From assembly GCF_036365525.1 (NCBI RefSeq), contig NC_090379.1, positions 12,047,659-12,111,658 on the forward strand: a stretch of 64,000 bases of DNA, read 5' to 3'. A model generated the notes under the pieces. That model was not told where the DNA came from and searched no databases. It saw only the letters and a list, made by a program, of their open reading frames with translations. This document shows, piece by piece, positions 1-11,956 of the stretch. A program made the translations under genes and the position numbers. Positions within the stretch are counted from its first letter, which is position 1, and the number at the start of each line of letters is the position of its first letter. This DNA comes from Heterodontus francisci (Eukaryota).

Positions 1-1010
1 CTGTTAGGGAGGAAGTTCCAGGATTTTGACCCAGCGACAGGGAAGAAATGGCGATATATTTCCAAGTCAGGATGGTGTGTGGCTTGGAGGGGAACTTGCA
101 GGTGGTGGTGTTCCCATGCATCTGCTGCCCTTGTCCTTCTACGTGATAGGGTTTGGAAAGTGCTGTCGAAGGAGTCTTGCCAAGTTGCTGTAGTGCATCT
201 TGTAGATGGTACACACTGCAACCACAGTGTGCCACCTCAATGGGAGTGAATGTTTAAGGTGGTGAATGGAATCCAGTCAAGCGGGCTGCTTTGTCCTGGA
301 TGGTATTGTGCGTCTTGAGTGTTGGAGCTGCACCCATCTAGGCAAGTGGAGAGTATTCCATCACATTCCTGACTTGTGCCTTGTATGTGGTGGACAGGCT
401 CTGGGGAGTCAGGACATGAGTTACTCACTACAGAATTTCCAGGCTCTGAACTGCTTTTGTAGCCACAATATTTATATGGTTGGTCCAGTTCAGTTTCTGA
501 TCAATGGTAGCCCCCCAGGAAAGTGATGACAGGGTTTCAGCAATGGTAATGCCATTGAATGTCAAAGGAAGATGGTTAGATTCTCTCTTGTTGAAGATGG
601 TCATTGCCTGGCACTTAAATGGCAAGTAACATTCACGCCACACATCATTCCAAGTCTGAATGCTCTCCAGGTCTTGCTGCAAACCGGCTGAGATGACTGG
701 CCTCCAATAACCACAACCATCTTCCTTTGTGCTAGGTATGAATCCAACCAGTGGAGACTTTTCTCCCCTCATTCACATTGACTTCAATTTTGTTAGGGCT
801 CTTTGATACCACTCAGTCAATGCTACCTTGACATCAAGGGCAGCTGAGTGCCACTGACGGAACCCAAACTGAGAATCAGTGAGCAGGTTACTGCTGAGGA
901 AATGCTTCTTGATAGCACTGTCAGGGATACCTTCCATCAATTTGTTGATGGCTGAGAGTAGATAGATGAGACAGTAATTAGCTAGATTGATTTGACTTGC
1001 TTTAGTGGAC
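1..1010 (-). mobile_element. Decayed LINE 'family 2' (CR1/L2-group RT), 3' part
   Basis: RT fragments LLTDSQFGFRQ and IDQKLNWTNHINIVATKA. Shares its 3' region with copies at 23365, 24295, 45678 and 46900. Confidence 0.85.
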
Positions 1011-1028
1011 AAGACGTACATTGAATGA

Positions 1029-1890
1029 AGTCGATGGGAATCGGGTGAGGGAGGGGGAGCTCTCCAATGGCTGGAGTCAGGTCTTGCACAGAAGATGCTT
1101 GTGTTTGTTGGAGGTCAAACATCTCTGCCCAGGAGATTCTCAGGGTAGTCTCCTCCGCTCGATCATCTTCAGTTACTTCATCAATGATCTTCCCTCCATC
1201 ATGAGGTCAGAAGTAAGGATGTTTGCTGATGACTTTTTTTATTCATTTGGGGAATGTGGGCATCGCTGGCTGGGCAGCGTTTATTGCCCATCGCTATTGG
1301 CCTTGAGAAGGTGGTGGTGAGCTGCCTTCTTGAACTGCTGCAGTCCTTGGGGTGTAGCTACACCAACAATGCTGTTAGGAAGGGAGTTCCAGGATTTTGA
1401 CTCAGCGACAGTAAAGGAACGGTGATATAGTTCCAAGACAGGATGGTGTGGAGCTTGGAGGGGAACTTCATGGTGAATCTGCTGTCCTTGTCCTTTTAGG
1501 TGGTAGGGGTTGTGGGTTTGGCAGGTGCTGTCAAAGGACTGCACTATGTTCAGTACCATTCGCAACCTCTTAGCTACTGAAGCAGTCCATGCCACGTGCA
1601 GCAAGAACTGAACAACAGTCAAGCTTGGGCTGATAAGTGGAAAGTAACATGACCATTACCAACAACATCCTGGGGGCTACCACTAAACCAGAAACTTAAT
1701 TGGACCAGCCATATAAATACTGTGGCTACATAAGCAGGTCAGAGGCTGAGAATTCTGCAACTTTTAATTTGCCTCCTGCCTCCCCAAAACCTGCCCCTCA
1801 TCTGCAAGGCACAAGTCTTAGATGAGTGCAGCTCCAACAACACTCAAGAATCTCGACATCATCCAGGACAAAGCAGCCTGCTTGATCTGC
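1029..1890 (+). mobile_element. Family 2 LINE RT fragment, interrupted at FADD by an antisense 3' fragment of the same family (about 1233-1540)
   Basis: SQGSLL...FINDLPSIMRSEVRMFADD, then a poly-T and family 2 tail, then RT sequence resumes near 1546. Confidence 0.8.
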
Positions 1891-2232
1891 AAATTTTGAA
1901 ACTGTGCCCTGCAATGCCTAGGTCATTAATACATACCAAGAAAATCAGTGGTCCTAGTACTGACCCTGGGAAACCTCACTGTATATCTTCCTTCAGTCTG
2001 AAAAACAACCTTCACCACTACTCTCCTCTTTCCTGCCACTCAGCCAACTTGGGATTCATGCTGCTGCTATCCCTTTAATTCCATGGGCTTCAACTTTGCT
2101 GGCAAGTCTATTATGTGGCACTGTATCAAACACCTTTTGGAAGTCCATGTACAACGGCTTTACCCTCATCGACCATGTCTGTTTCCTTATCAAAAAAATG
2201 AAAACTGGGCAGCAAGGTTGTGTTTTCTCTGT

Positions 2233-2480
2233 AATAAAAGCAGAATACTGCAGATGCTGGAAATCTGAAATAAAAACAAGAAATGCTGGAACCACTCAGC
2301 AGGTCTGGCAGCATCTGTGGAAAGAGAAGCAGAGTTAACATTTCGGGTCAGTGACCCTTCTTCGGAACTGCTGGTTGGAGTTCCGAAGAAGGGTCACTGA
2401 CCCGAAACGTTAACTCTGCTTATCTTTCCACAGATGCTGCCAGACCTGCTGAGTGGTTCCAGCATTTCTTGTTTTTATTA
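2233..2480. mobile_element. Penelope-derived tail-to-tail terminal repeat (hairpin) with 14-bp TSD
   Basis: 101-nt inverted arms at 2269-2369 and 2379-2479 with 2 mismatches and a 9-nt spacer. TSD TGTGTTTTCTCTGT at 2219-2232 and 2481-2494. The same sequence ends the GIY-YIG element at 62453-63345. Confidence 0.85.
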
Positions 2481-2662
2481 TGTGTTTTCTCTGTGTTTGG
2501 CCTGGCTTTATTTTTATCAGGTTTTTTTTTAATGTCCATATGGCCAGAGTTCTTCCACTGAATGAAACCTAATACAATGTTTAATGAACTATAGAATGAA
2601 ATGTGAAACTCTTTGCCAATCCTTACTGTGCTGTACTGAAAAAAAGTGCAGAGTACGCTAAT

Positions 2663-3370
2663 ACAAAGGCAAAATGCTGCAGGTGCTGGAAATCTGAAAT
2701 ATAAGCAGAAAATTCTGGAAATACGCAGCAGGTCACAGCATCTTTGGAGAGCGAAACAGCATTAATGTTTCAGATCTGTAACCTTTTGTCAGAATTTGAA
2801 ATTTTGCAGATATAATAGTTTTTCAGCAAGTGGGGAGGGGAGGAAAGATTAAAAGGGAAGGTCTGTGATAAGATTGAAAGGTAGGAGTGATTAAATGGCA
2901 AAAGGGGTGATGGTGCGAGGCAAAAAGTTGTGCTAATGCGATTAATAAAACAAAAGCTGAATCCATAGGAGGTGTAAATGGCATCAGCAGAATCATTATT
3001 AGCATCTGCTGCCTGGAGAAAAAAAATAGTAGTTATGATTAGATTAGATTAGATTAGATTAGAGATACAGCACTGAAACTTATGATTGACATAAGGGAAA
3101 AATTTTTACGTGACTTATTATAATCGGGAATGCACAGCCTGAGAGCATGGTGGAGGCAGATTCAATTATGACTTTTGAAAGGGAATTGGATAATTCTCTG
3201 AAGGGAAAAAAAATTTGAAAGACAAGGGAGCGGAATTAGCTAATTTGTTTTGCAGAGAGCCAGCACAGGCTTAATGGGCTAAATTCCTCCTCTGTGCTAT
3301 AACCATTTTTTGATTCTATGGTATGAAGTTGCTGAATTCTGTGTTGAGGTCAGAGGTTATAAAGTGCCAT
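2663..3370 (-). mobile_element. Penelope 3' remnant, interrupted by (ATTAG)n and a CR1 3' fragment (about 3090-3320)
   Basis: Terminal repeat and 3' UTR similar to 62453-62930. 3325-3370 resembles the ORF end at 62890-62930. Confidence 0.65.
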
Positions 3371-3773
3371 TGCCTGGCTCCTATTCTGTTACATAAAGTG
3401 TAATATTCCTTGATGTGCCTGACCCTCTGAGCTGACTCACTGAGAATATCTGAAATTTGAATCTATTTTATTAGTACACTCAAAAAAAAAATACTGATTT
3501 TTTTCATACTTCCATTAATCTTGCTTGGTCTTTATCCTCATTTTGATGTTGAAAAGATTGAGGACCACCATTATTGGGGATCTAAAGTGCATCCAGAAAA
3601 TGATGAAAATACATAACCAGTCTGTCACTGTCTATAGTTTCTCAGCCAGAGGTTGTTCTAACTAAATGTTAATCTGACTCTCAGAATGCTGATGAACCTG
3701 ATGTGTATTTCTGGTGATGTGAGGAAGTTGAAGTTGAGCAGTAAGCTTGTATTGAATCAACATTGTATTGAAT

Positions 3774-4095
3774 CTTGGTCTTAAAAGAGTGTGTTCTCAA
3801 ATCAACTCTCCAAGAACTCTGCGCTCCTCCAAATCTGGCTTCTTGTGCATCCCTGATTTTAATCACTTCACCATTGGCAGCCGTGCCTTCAGCTGCCTAG
3901 GCCCTAAGCTCTGGAATTCCCTCCCTAAACTGCCCCCCTTTCCATGCTCCTTAAAGACATTCCTTAAAACCTACATCTTTGACCAAGCTTTTGATCACCA
4001 GTCCTAAATCTCCTTATGTGGTTTGAAGTCAAATTTTGTTTGATGACATTTTGTGAAGCGCCTTAGGATGTTGTGCTACAGTAAAGGCACTATAG
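3774..4095 (+). mobile_element. L2-like LINE 3' fragment
   Basis: RTLRSS...TIGSRAFSCLGPKLWNSLP...FLKTYIF, a typical L2 ORF2 C-terminus, followed by its tail. Confidence 0.75.
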
Positions 4096-4096
4096 A

Positions 4097-4475
4097 GGGA
4101 GACGGTCACTGAACTAGTAATCCAGTGGCCTAGACTAATGCCCTGGGGGCATTGGTTCAGATCCCACCATGGCAGTTGGTGAAATTTAAATTCATTAATA
4201 AAAATCTGGCATTGATAGCTAGTCTTTTTTTTATTATTCTTTCATGGGATGTGTCGCTGGCAAGGCCAGCATTTGTTGCCTATCCCTAATTGCCCTTGAC
4301 AACTGAGTGTCTTGCTAGGCCATTTCAGAGGGCAGTTAAGAGTCAACCACATTGCTGTGGGTCTGAAGTCACATGTAGGCCAGACCAGGTAAGGACGGCA
4401 GGTATCCTTCCCTAAAGGACATTAGTGAGCCAGATGGGTTTTTGCAACAATCAATAATAGTTTCATGTCACCAGT
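4097..4475. mobile_element. tRNA-derived SINE with the head on + and the body/tail inverted
   Basis: 4097-4225 matches the head of the SINE at 21423. 4226-4475 is the reverse complement of the rest of that SINE. Confidence 0.75.
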
Positions 4476-4882
4476 TATGAAGATAGATTGGAGAAGCTAG
4501 GACTGTTTTCCGAGAGAAGGATGAGAGGAAATTTGACAGTGGTGTTCAAAATCATGAGGGGTCTGGACAGAGTAGATAGGGAGAAACTGTTCCCACTCAT
4601 GAAAGGATCGAGAATGAGAGGGCACAGATTTAAAGGAATTGGTAAAAGAAGCAAAAGCGACATGAAAAACATTTTCACACAGCGAGTGGTTAAGGTCCAG
4701 AATGCATTGCCTAAGAGTGTGGTGGAGGCAGGTTCAATTGAAGCATTCAAATGGGATTAGACTGTTACAGGAAAAGGAAGAATATGCAGGGTTACGGGGA
4801 GAAGGCGGGGTGAATTGCTCATTCGGACAGCCATTGCAGACACAGTGGATCAAATGGCCTTCTGTGCTGTAACAATTCTGTG
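4476..4882 (+). mobile_element. CR1 LINE 3' fragment
   Basis: LGLFSERRMRGNL...RGHRFK...FTQRVVKVQNALP motif. Confidence 0.85.
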
Positions 4883-4899
4883 GCTCTTAACAGCAGAAT

Positions 4900-5195
4900 G
4901 TCCCACGGTGCTTCACAGGGGCACTGTTGGGCACAATTTGACACTGAGCCACACCTGGCACTACTTAGGGCAGGTGACCAAAATTTGGTCAAAGAGGTGA
5001 ATTGTAAGGACCAACTTAAAGGAAGAGAGCGAGGCAGAAAGGCTTAGGAAGAGAATTCCAGAGCTTAGGGCCTATACAGCTGAAAGCATGGCCAACAATG
5101 GTGGACCAATTAAAATTGTAAATGCACAAAAGGCCAGAATTGGAGGCATGCAGAGAGGGTTGTCGGGCTGGAGTAGGTTACAGAGATAGGGAAGC
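4900..5195 (-). mobile_element. L2-like LINE 3' fragment
   Basis: Reverse complement similar to 3790-4095. Confidence 0.65.
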
Positions 5196-8100
5196 ATTAA
5201 TGTTTTAAGCACCTTGGAATATTTTACTGAGTTAAATGCACTAATGCAAGTTGTTGGTGCTGTCACTGCTTATGACAGTGGTCAAAAGGTCGTGGTTAAT
5301 CTGTGCCTGCATGTTGCTTTCACCACCAGTTCATAAAGAAGCCAGCCCTGTGATCCAAATGTAGCTGTGAAAGCGGCACCCTTAGGCTGTTATCCTAAGA
5401 TCTAGCCTATAATGTAAATGGTCCCTTAGGTAAAAACTAAAGTGGCCCACAGAATAGGGAAGGTCAGATAGCCATGGTTTAGGTTGCCAGTGAATGCGGT
5501 CTAATGGTTGATCCTGGCCAAAATAAGTCCCAGCTTCTAATATGTGTTCCTGGTGTAACCAGCGATAACAACAGATGCCTGTCGATAGATATTTAGATCC
5601 TTGTACTAAAAATAAAAAATGCTGTAAAAACCTTTGCCAGCAGTAAATCCAGAAACATCCAATTTGCAGGCACCATATGGAAACTTTCATAGGGGGAAAG
5701 AATAGCCCTGAGGATAAAGATTTTACTGAATGTTATTCAGGGAAGAGACGTATAAACTCTTTCGAGCTCACATTGGAGTTTACAACCAAGTTTACACGCT
5801 GGTGTTGAAGTACCCAATCTGAAGAATTTCTATGCCACAGCCAAAGGTATTACCCACCTATTCCAGCTTGAGTGGTTAACCAATTCAGTTCAGTCATTCT
5901 AAATCTTTTGCTTTTGTCAGTCATTTTCTACTTCTCCTCTGCTGATGTTAAGTCCTTGCCGGAGTACAGTAGAAATAAAAGGGTACAAGAGGAGGTGGAA
6001 CAATGAGGTAGATGTAGTACTAATAATGCTGGTGGGACAGAGACAGGGCCCTGATGTCATCTATCTGTGGGAAATAATAGAGGGGACTTCAGAGGTTCTG
6101 ACAATCTTCCAGACATCATTGGATATAGAGGTTGCGACAGAGGATGTGAGTATCTTGTTCTCACTTGTCCATTAGTCAACTGTGAGCCTTCACGGCAAGT
6201 GTCAATAGCCTGTGTGACTGTGCAAAGTCAGGCCTTATCCTGTCCTCACCTGACATGGTGAAACAAATAGGGTGTTGTGTTTACCTATCAACCTGTTTGA
6301 CTGTGGATGGAGGCTTCACCACTGAGCCTGACCCAGTCTTTACCCAACAGCTGTACATATGAAGCAAACCTGGTGGCATATCCACCTCCTGAGCCTCTTC
6401 CAAGCCTACTTCATCTAATCCTGTCAACATATCCTTGCATTCCATTCTCCCTTATTATGACTATCATATTTATAGCCCCCTAGTTTTGGTCTCCCCCACA
6501 AGTTGAAACATCTCTATATCTACCCTATCAAACCCTTTCATAATCTTAAAGACCACTATCAGGTCACCTCTGAACCTTCTCTTTTCTAGAATAAAGAACC
6601 CCAACCCGTGCAATCATTCCTGATAAGTGTGACTTCTCAGTTAAACACCCACCAGGAGTTTAGTGTCTTTAATTCAGGATTTATCATCTGGCTGCAGCAT
6701 GTTTTTCTTCATTTCCTGCTTGTCCATCTGAATTTTTCTGATGGTTATTCCATCCTGGCACATCCTTTAGCACAGCTTCTATTTCCAGTGATGTTTGAAA
6801 GATTGTGTCAGAGCTTCTGCTACCTCCTCTCTGCTTTCTCTCAGATACATGCTGTCACGGTCCTGTCTCTGCCACTCCTGTGTTCTATCAGCTTTATCAG
6901 TACTACATCTTTATTATTGTTACCCTATCTCATCGCTCCACCTCCTCTTGTACCCTTCAATTCCCACTCTTTAACAAGAACCAACACGAGTGCTAATTCT
7001 AGAAATTCTGTGTACAAAATGTGTAAAAGCTCCTTCATTCAGTTTTACATCAACTGTGGCTTTAAGTAAAGGAGATCAGATCCTATATGTCGGGGGTGCT
7101 CTAACAAAGTATTCTTTCCCCAATAAAATAAATGGCAATATGATCATGGGAATCCACAGGGAAAAAAGACAATACCATCCCCACTTTACAGAGCTGCTCA
7201 TTAGCTCTGGGTTCACAGCCAGTCCAGAGGAAAAATGGACTTGCAACATAGTATAGTGCAGGAATTGAGACCCTTAATAGAATGGTTCATGACTTAGAAC
7301 AATGAGTGCCTCTTGTTTTTGTCCTTTCCAGGCAGATACTGAATGATATTGAAAATAAAATCCTTCCAATATATTCACATTTCTCTGCTATATTTTACTT
7401 TGAATGAAACTCCCCAATTGAATCAGTGGGTATTTGTGTGGACCCCAAGGAGTCAGGTGAATAAAATATATTTTTTAAAAGGAACGTTGACGCCTTGAAA
7501 AACTAGTTTTGTTTGTAACCACACACTGCAATGATGTGAAATTGTGTTGAGCTGCATTGGGCCACTTGCACTTCAAAAAAATATATAGATATTCCAGCTG
7601 ATCTCCATCTCTGGCAGCCAAATAAATCATTTTACTAAATACTTTTTCCTAAAGATATTGACCTATTATTTTTGCCCCTTCCACTTTTCTCTTCATTGTC
7701 AACATGGCCTAGTTAGTAGTGTTCTTGAGTTGGAAGGTTGAAGTTCAAGCCGCACTCCAGGAATACAGCACATAATCTAGGATGACACTCCAGTACAGTA
7801 ATGATGCACTGTTGAGCTTCTAACCCTATATCCTTTCCATCACCAAGATCCATTTCCATAATATCTTCTATCTCTGTCTAACCCATGCTTTTTTTTCTTA
7901 CCTCCAGGCTGTCAATTAGGGTTCCTTTAAGTAAAGATTGTAGTGGAAATCTGCCGCTGTTGAGTTGTCCTCAGCTTGCTATATCTGTGGTGATAATACT
8001 AAATTCAGGTCTTGAGTGATAGGTCTATTGGGAAGATTGTATTCATTGTGGAAATCAAGAAGTTTTGTCTCAGGCAAGAATTCAGCATTACCCTTGAGAA

Positions 8101-8639
8101 TTTATCAAAACCTGCTCACAGACTCCCCTTTTATATATAGAACAAGGGGGGCTAGTGTTCTCGAGAATTGATTTAATTGTGCTTGCTACATGTATAAACC
8201 CCAAGGATGACTTTTCACTAGTTTACCTTCCAACCATCTATTATAGCTTTATCTATTTCTATCTTTCTTTCTCTCTCTCTCTCACACATACAAACACTCT
8301 CTTCCTCTGTCTCGCTTCCAGAATATGTAGAAGTTCTACTCAGTCATACCAAGCAATCCATCTGCTCCATAAAGTACCTGCCCACCATATTGAAATGAAT
8401 GAAGTGTTTTTTGAAATTTAACTCTGAGCACTGAAACAAGTTTGCTTGGTGGAGGTATTTTCTGACTTCCATGTGAATTTTGCATCCGTGATAAAACCAT
8501 TTCAGTCTTCTGAATTTGACCTTTTCTTTGGCTAGAACATTGCCTCTTTAATAGCAGATTTCAACCAATGAAAATTAGACTTTAGAAGCATAGGGACAGA
8601 AGAGTAGAGGTAAAATAAACATCTAAACAACAGCTTCTA

Positions 8640-8733
8640 ATTTTATAGTGCCTTTATTGGCATAAAACATTCCAAGGCGCTTCACAGAAGTGTTAGCAAA
8701 TAAAATTTGACACCGAGCCACACAAGGACATGT
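8640..8733 (-). mobile_element. L2-like 3' tail, left half of an element split by the 9-kb nest
   Basis: L2 tail sequence that continues at about 17782. Confidence 0.65.
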
Positions 8734-8748
8734 GTCAGAGTCATAGAG

Positions 8749-11700
8749 TTATACAGCACAGAAACAGGCCCTTCGGCCCATCGTGTCTGTGCCGGCCATA
8801 CAGCACCCAACTATTCCAATCCCATATTCTGCACTTGGCCCGTAGCCCTGTATGCTATGGCGTTTCAAGTGCTCATCTAAATACTTCTCAAATGTTCTGA
8901 GGGTTCCTGCCTCCAACTCCTCTTCAGGCAGTGCGTTCCACTTTCCAACCATCCTCTGGGTGAAAAAATGTTTCCTCAAATCCCCCTAAACCTCCTGCCC
9001 CTTACCCTAAATCTATACACCCTGGTTCTTGACTCCTCCACTAAGAACAAAGAAAATTACAGCACAGGAACAGGCCCTTCGGCCCTCCAAGCCTACGCCG
9101 ATCCAAATCCTCTATCTAAACCTGTCGCCTATTTTCTAAGGGTCTGTATCTCTTTACTTCCTGCCCATTCATGTATCTGTCTAGATACATCTTAAAAGAC
9201 GCTATCGTGCCCGCGTCTACCACCTCCGCTGGCAATGCGTTCCATGCACCCACCACCCTCTGCGTAAAGAACTTTCCACGCATAACCCCCCTAAACTTTT
9301 CCCCTTTCACTTTGAACTCGTGTCCCCTTGTAATTGAATCCCCCACTCTGGGGGATTCTAAGGGAAAAAGTTTCCTCCTATCTAACCTATCACTGCCCCT
9401 CATAATCTTGTACACCTCAATCATGTCCCCGTTCAGCCTTCTCTGCTCCAAGGAAAACAACCCCAACCTATCCAGTCTGTCTTCATAGCTGAAATGCTCC
9501 AGCCCAGGCAACATACTGGTGAATCTCCTCTGCACCCTCTCCTGTGCAATCACATCCTTCCTATAGTGTGGTGCCCAGAACTGTACACAGTACTTCAGCT
9601 GTGGCCTAACTAGCATTTTATATATCTCCATCATAACCTCCCTGCTCTTATATTCTGTGCCTTGGCTAATAAAGGCAATTGTCCCATATGCCTTTCTAAC
9701 CACCTTATCGACATGTGCTGCTGCCTTCAGTGATCTATGGACAAGTACACCAAGGTCCTTCTGACTTTCTGTTCTTCCTAGGGTCCTACCATCCATTGTG
9801 TATTCCCTTGCCTTGTTAGTCCTCCCTAAATGCATTACCTCACACTTTTCAGGATTAAATTCCATTTGCCACTGCTCCGCCCATCTAACCAGCCCATCTA
9901 TATCTCCCTGTAATCTAAGGCTTTCCTCCTCATTATTTACAACACCAATTTTTGTGTCAAATGTGAACTTATTGATCATACCTCCTATATTCACATCTAA
10001 GCACCGATCGCTGTGGTACACCACTGGTCACAAGCTTCCAATCGTAAAAACAGCCCTCAACCATTACCCTCTGCCTCCTGCCAATAAGCCAGTTTTGGAT
10101 CCAATTTGCCAAATTTCGCTGGATCACATGGGCTCTTACCTTCTTAACCAATCTCCCATGCGGGACCTTATCAAAAGCCTTACTGAAATCCATGTATACT
10201 ACATCTACTGCTTTACCCTCATCGACACATCAAGTTACCTCCTCGAAAAATTCAATCAAATTAGTTAGATGCGATCTTCCCCTGACAAAGCCATGCTGAC
10301 TATCCCTGATTAATCCCTGCCTCTCCAAGTGGAGATTAATCCTGTCCCTCAGAATGTTTTCCAATATTTTCCCAACTACTGATGTTAGACTCGCCGACCT
10401 GTAATTACCTGGTTTATCCCTACTACCCTTCTTGAATAATTGTACCACATTCGCTGTCTTCCAGTCCTCTGGTACCTCTCCTGTGGCCAGAGAGGATTTG
10501 AAAATTTGTGTCAAAGCCCCTGCTATCTTCTCCCTTGCCTCACATAACAGCCTGGGATACATCTCATCTGGGCCTGAGGATTTATCTACTTTTAAGCCCA
10601 CTAAACCAGCTAATATTTCCTCCCTTTCAATGCTAATATGTTCAAGTATATCACAATCCCCCTCCCTGATCTCTACACCTACATCGTCCTTCTCCATAGT
10701 GAACACCGATGAAAAGTAATCATTTAAAACCTCACCTATGTCCTCCGGCTCCACACAAAGATTGCCACGTTGGTCCCTAATGGGCCCTACTCTTTCCCTG
10801 GTTATCCTCTTACCCTTAATATACTTATAAAATGCCTTGGGATTTTCCTTTACCTTGCCCGCCAGTGTTTTTTCATGCCCCCTCTTCGCTCTCCTAATTA
10901 CTTTTTTTAAGTGCCATCCTACACTTTCTATACTCCTCTAGTACCTCTGCTGTTTTCAGCACTTGGGATCTGCCGTAAGCCTCCTTTTTTTCCCCTGATT
11001 CAAATCTCTATATCCCTTGACATCCAGGGTTCTCTGGGCCTGTTAGTCCTACCCTTCACCTTAATGGGTACATGTTGGCGCTGAACTCTCACTATTTCCT
11101 CTTTGAATGACTCCCTCTGATGAGATGTAGATTTTCCTACAAGTAGCTGCTCCCAGTCCACTTTGGTCAGATCCTGTTTTATCATATTGAAATCGGCCTT
11201 CCCCCAATTCAGTACCTTTATTTCTGGTCCATCTTTGTCCTTTTCCATAACTACCTTAAATCTTATAGCGTTATGGTCACTATCCCCGAAATGTTCCCCC
11301 ACTGACACTTGTACCACTTGACCGGCTTCATTCCCTAGGATTAGGTCCAGTACTGCCCCTTCCCTTGTAGGACTTTCTATATACTGGCTCAAAAAGCTCT
11401 CCTGTATGAATTTTAAGAATTCCGCCCCTTTTAAGCCTTTAGCACTAAGACTATCCCAGTTAATATTGGGGAAGTTGAAATTCCCTACTATTATTACCCT
11501 ATTATTTTTAGACCTCTCTGAGATTTGCCTACATATCTGCTCCTCTATCTCTTCCTGACTGTTTGGAGGCCTGTAGTAGACACCCAGCCAAGTTATTGCC
11601 CCCTTTTTGTTTTTAAGTTCTACCCAAATGGCCTCATTTGAGGAACCTTCTAAGATATCATCCCCCCTTACTGCAGTAATTGACTCGTTGATCAAAAGTG

Positions 11701-11956
11701 CAATGCCACCTCCACTTTTATCTCCGCCCCTGTTGCGCCTGAAGATTCTATACCCTGGAATTTTGAGCTGCCAGTCCTGTCCCTCCCTCAACCATGTCTC
11801 TTTGATAGCAATAATATCATGTTCCCATGTGCTAATCAATGCCCTCAATTCATCTGCCTTACTAGTAAGACTTCTTGCATTGAAATAGATGCAATCCAAC
11901 CTTGCATTTTTCCCTTGTGCCTTACCAGGTCTATATTTGCTCTGCCTTCCAGGCAC
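8749..11956 (-). pseudogene. CR1 ORF2 (APE endonuclease plus reverse transcriptase), frameshifted
   Basis: Motifs YFNARSL, ETWL, GNFNFP, SDHNAI (EN) and QHGFVRGRS, DFSKAFDKVPH, SGVPQ, DTKIG (RT). Confidence 0.92.
9046..9357 (-). mobile_element. 5'-truncated young CR1 (family B) nested in the host CR1 3' end
   Basis: TSD CTAAG at 9041-9045 and 9358-9362. Nearly identical to about 14865-15177. Confidence 0.88.

Noticed and set aside
2269-2479. pre-miRNA gene or DNA-transposon MITE
   Set aside because: The arms are Penelope terminal repeats found many times in the window, the ends are asymmetric, and a 14-bp TSD fits retrotransposition.
6608-7256. 153-aa and 88-aa ORFs as genes
   Set aside because: No recognisable motif, non-ATG starts, low-complexity composition and no match to TTC7B.
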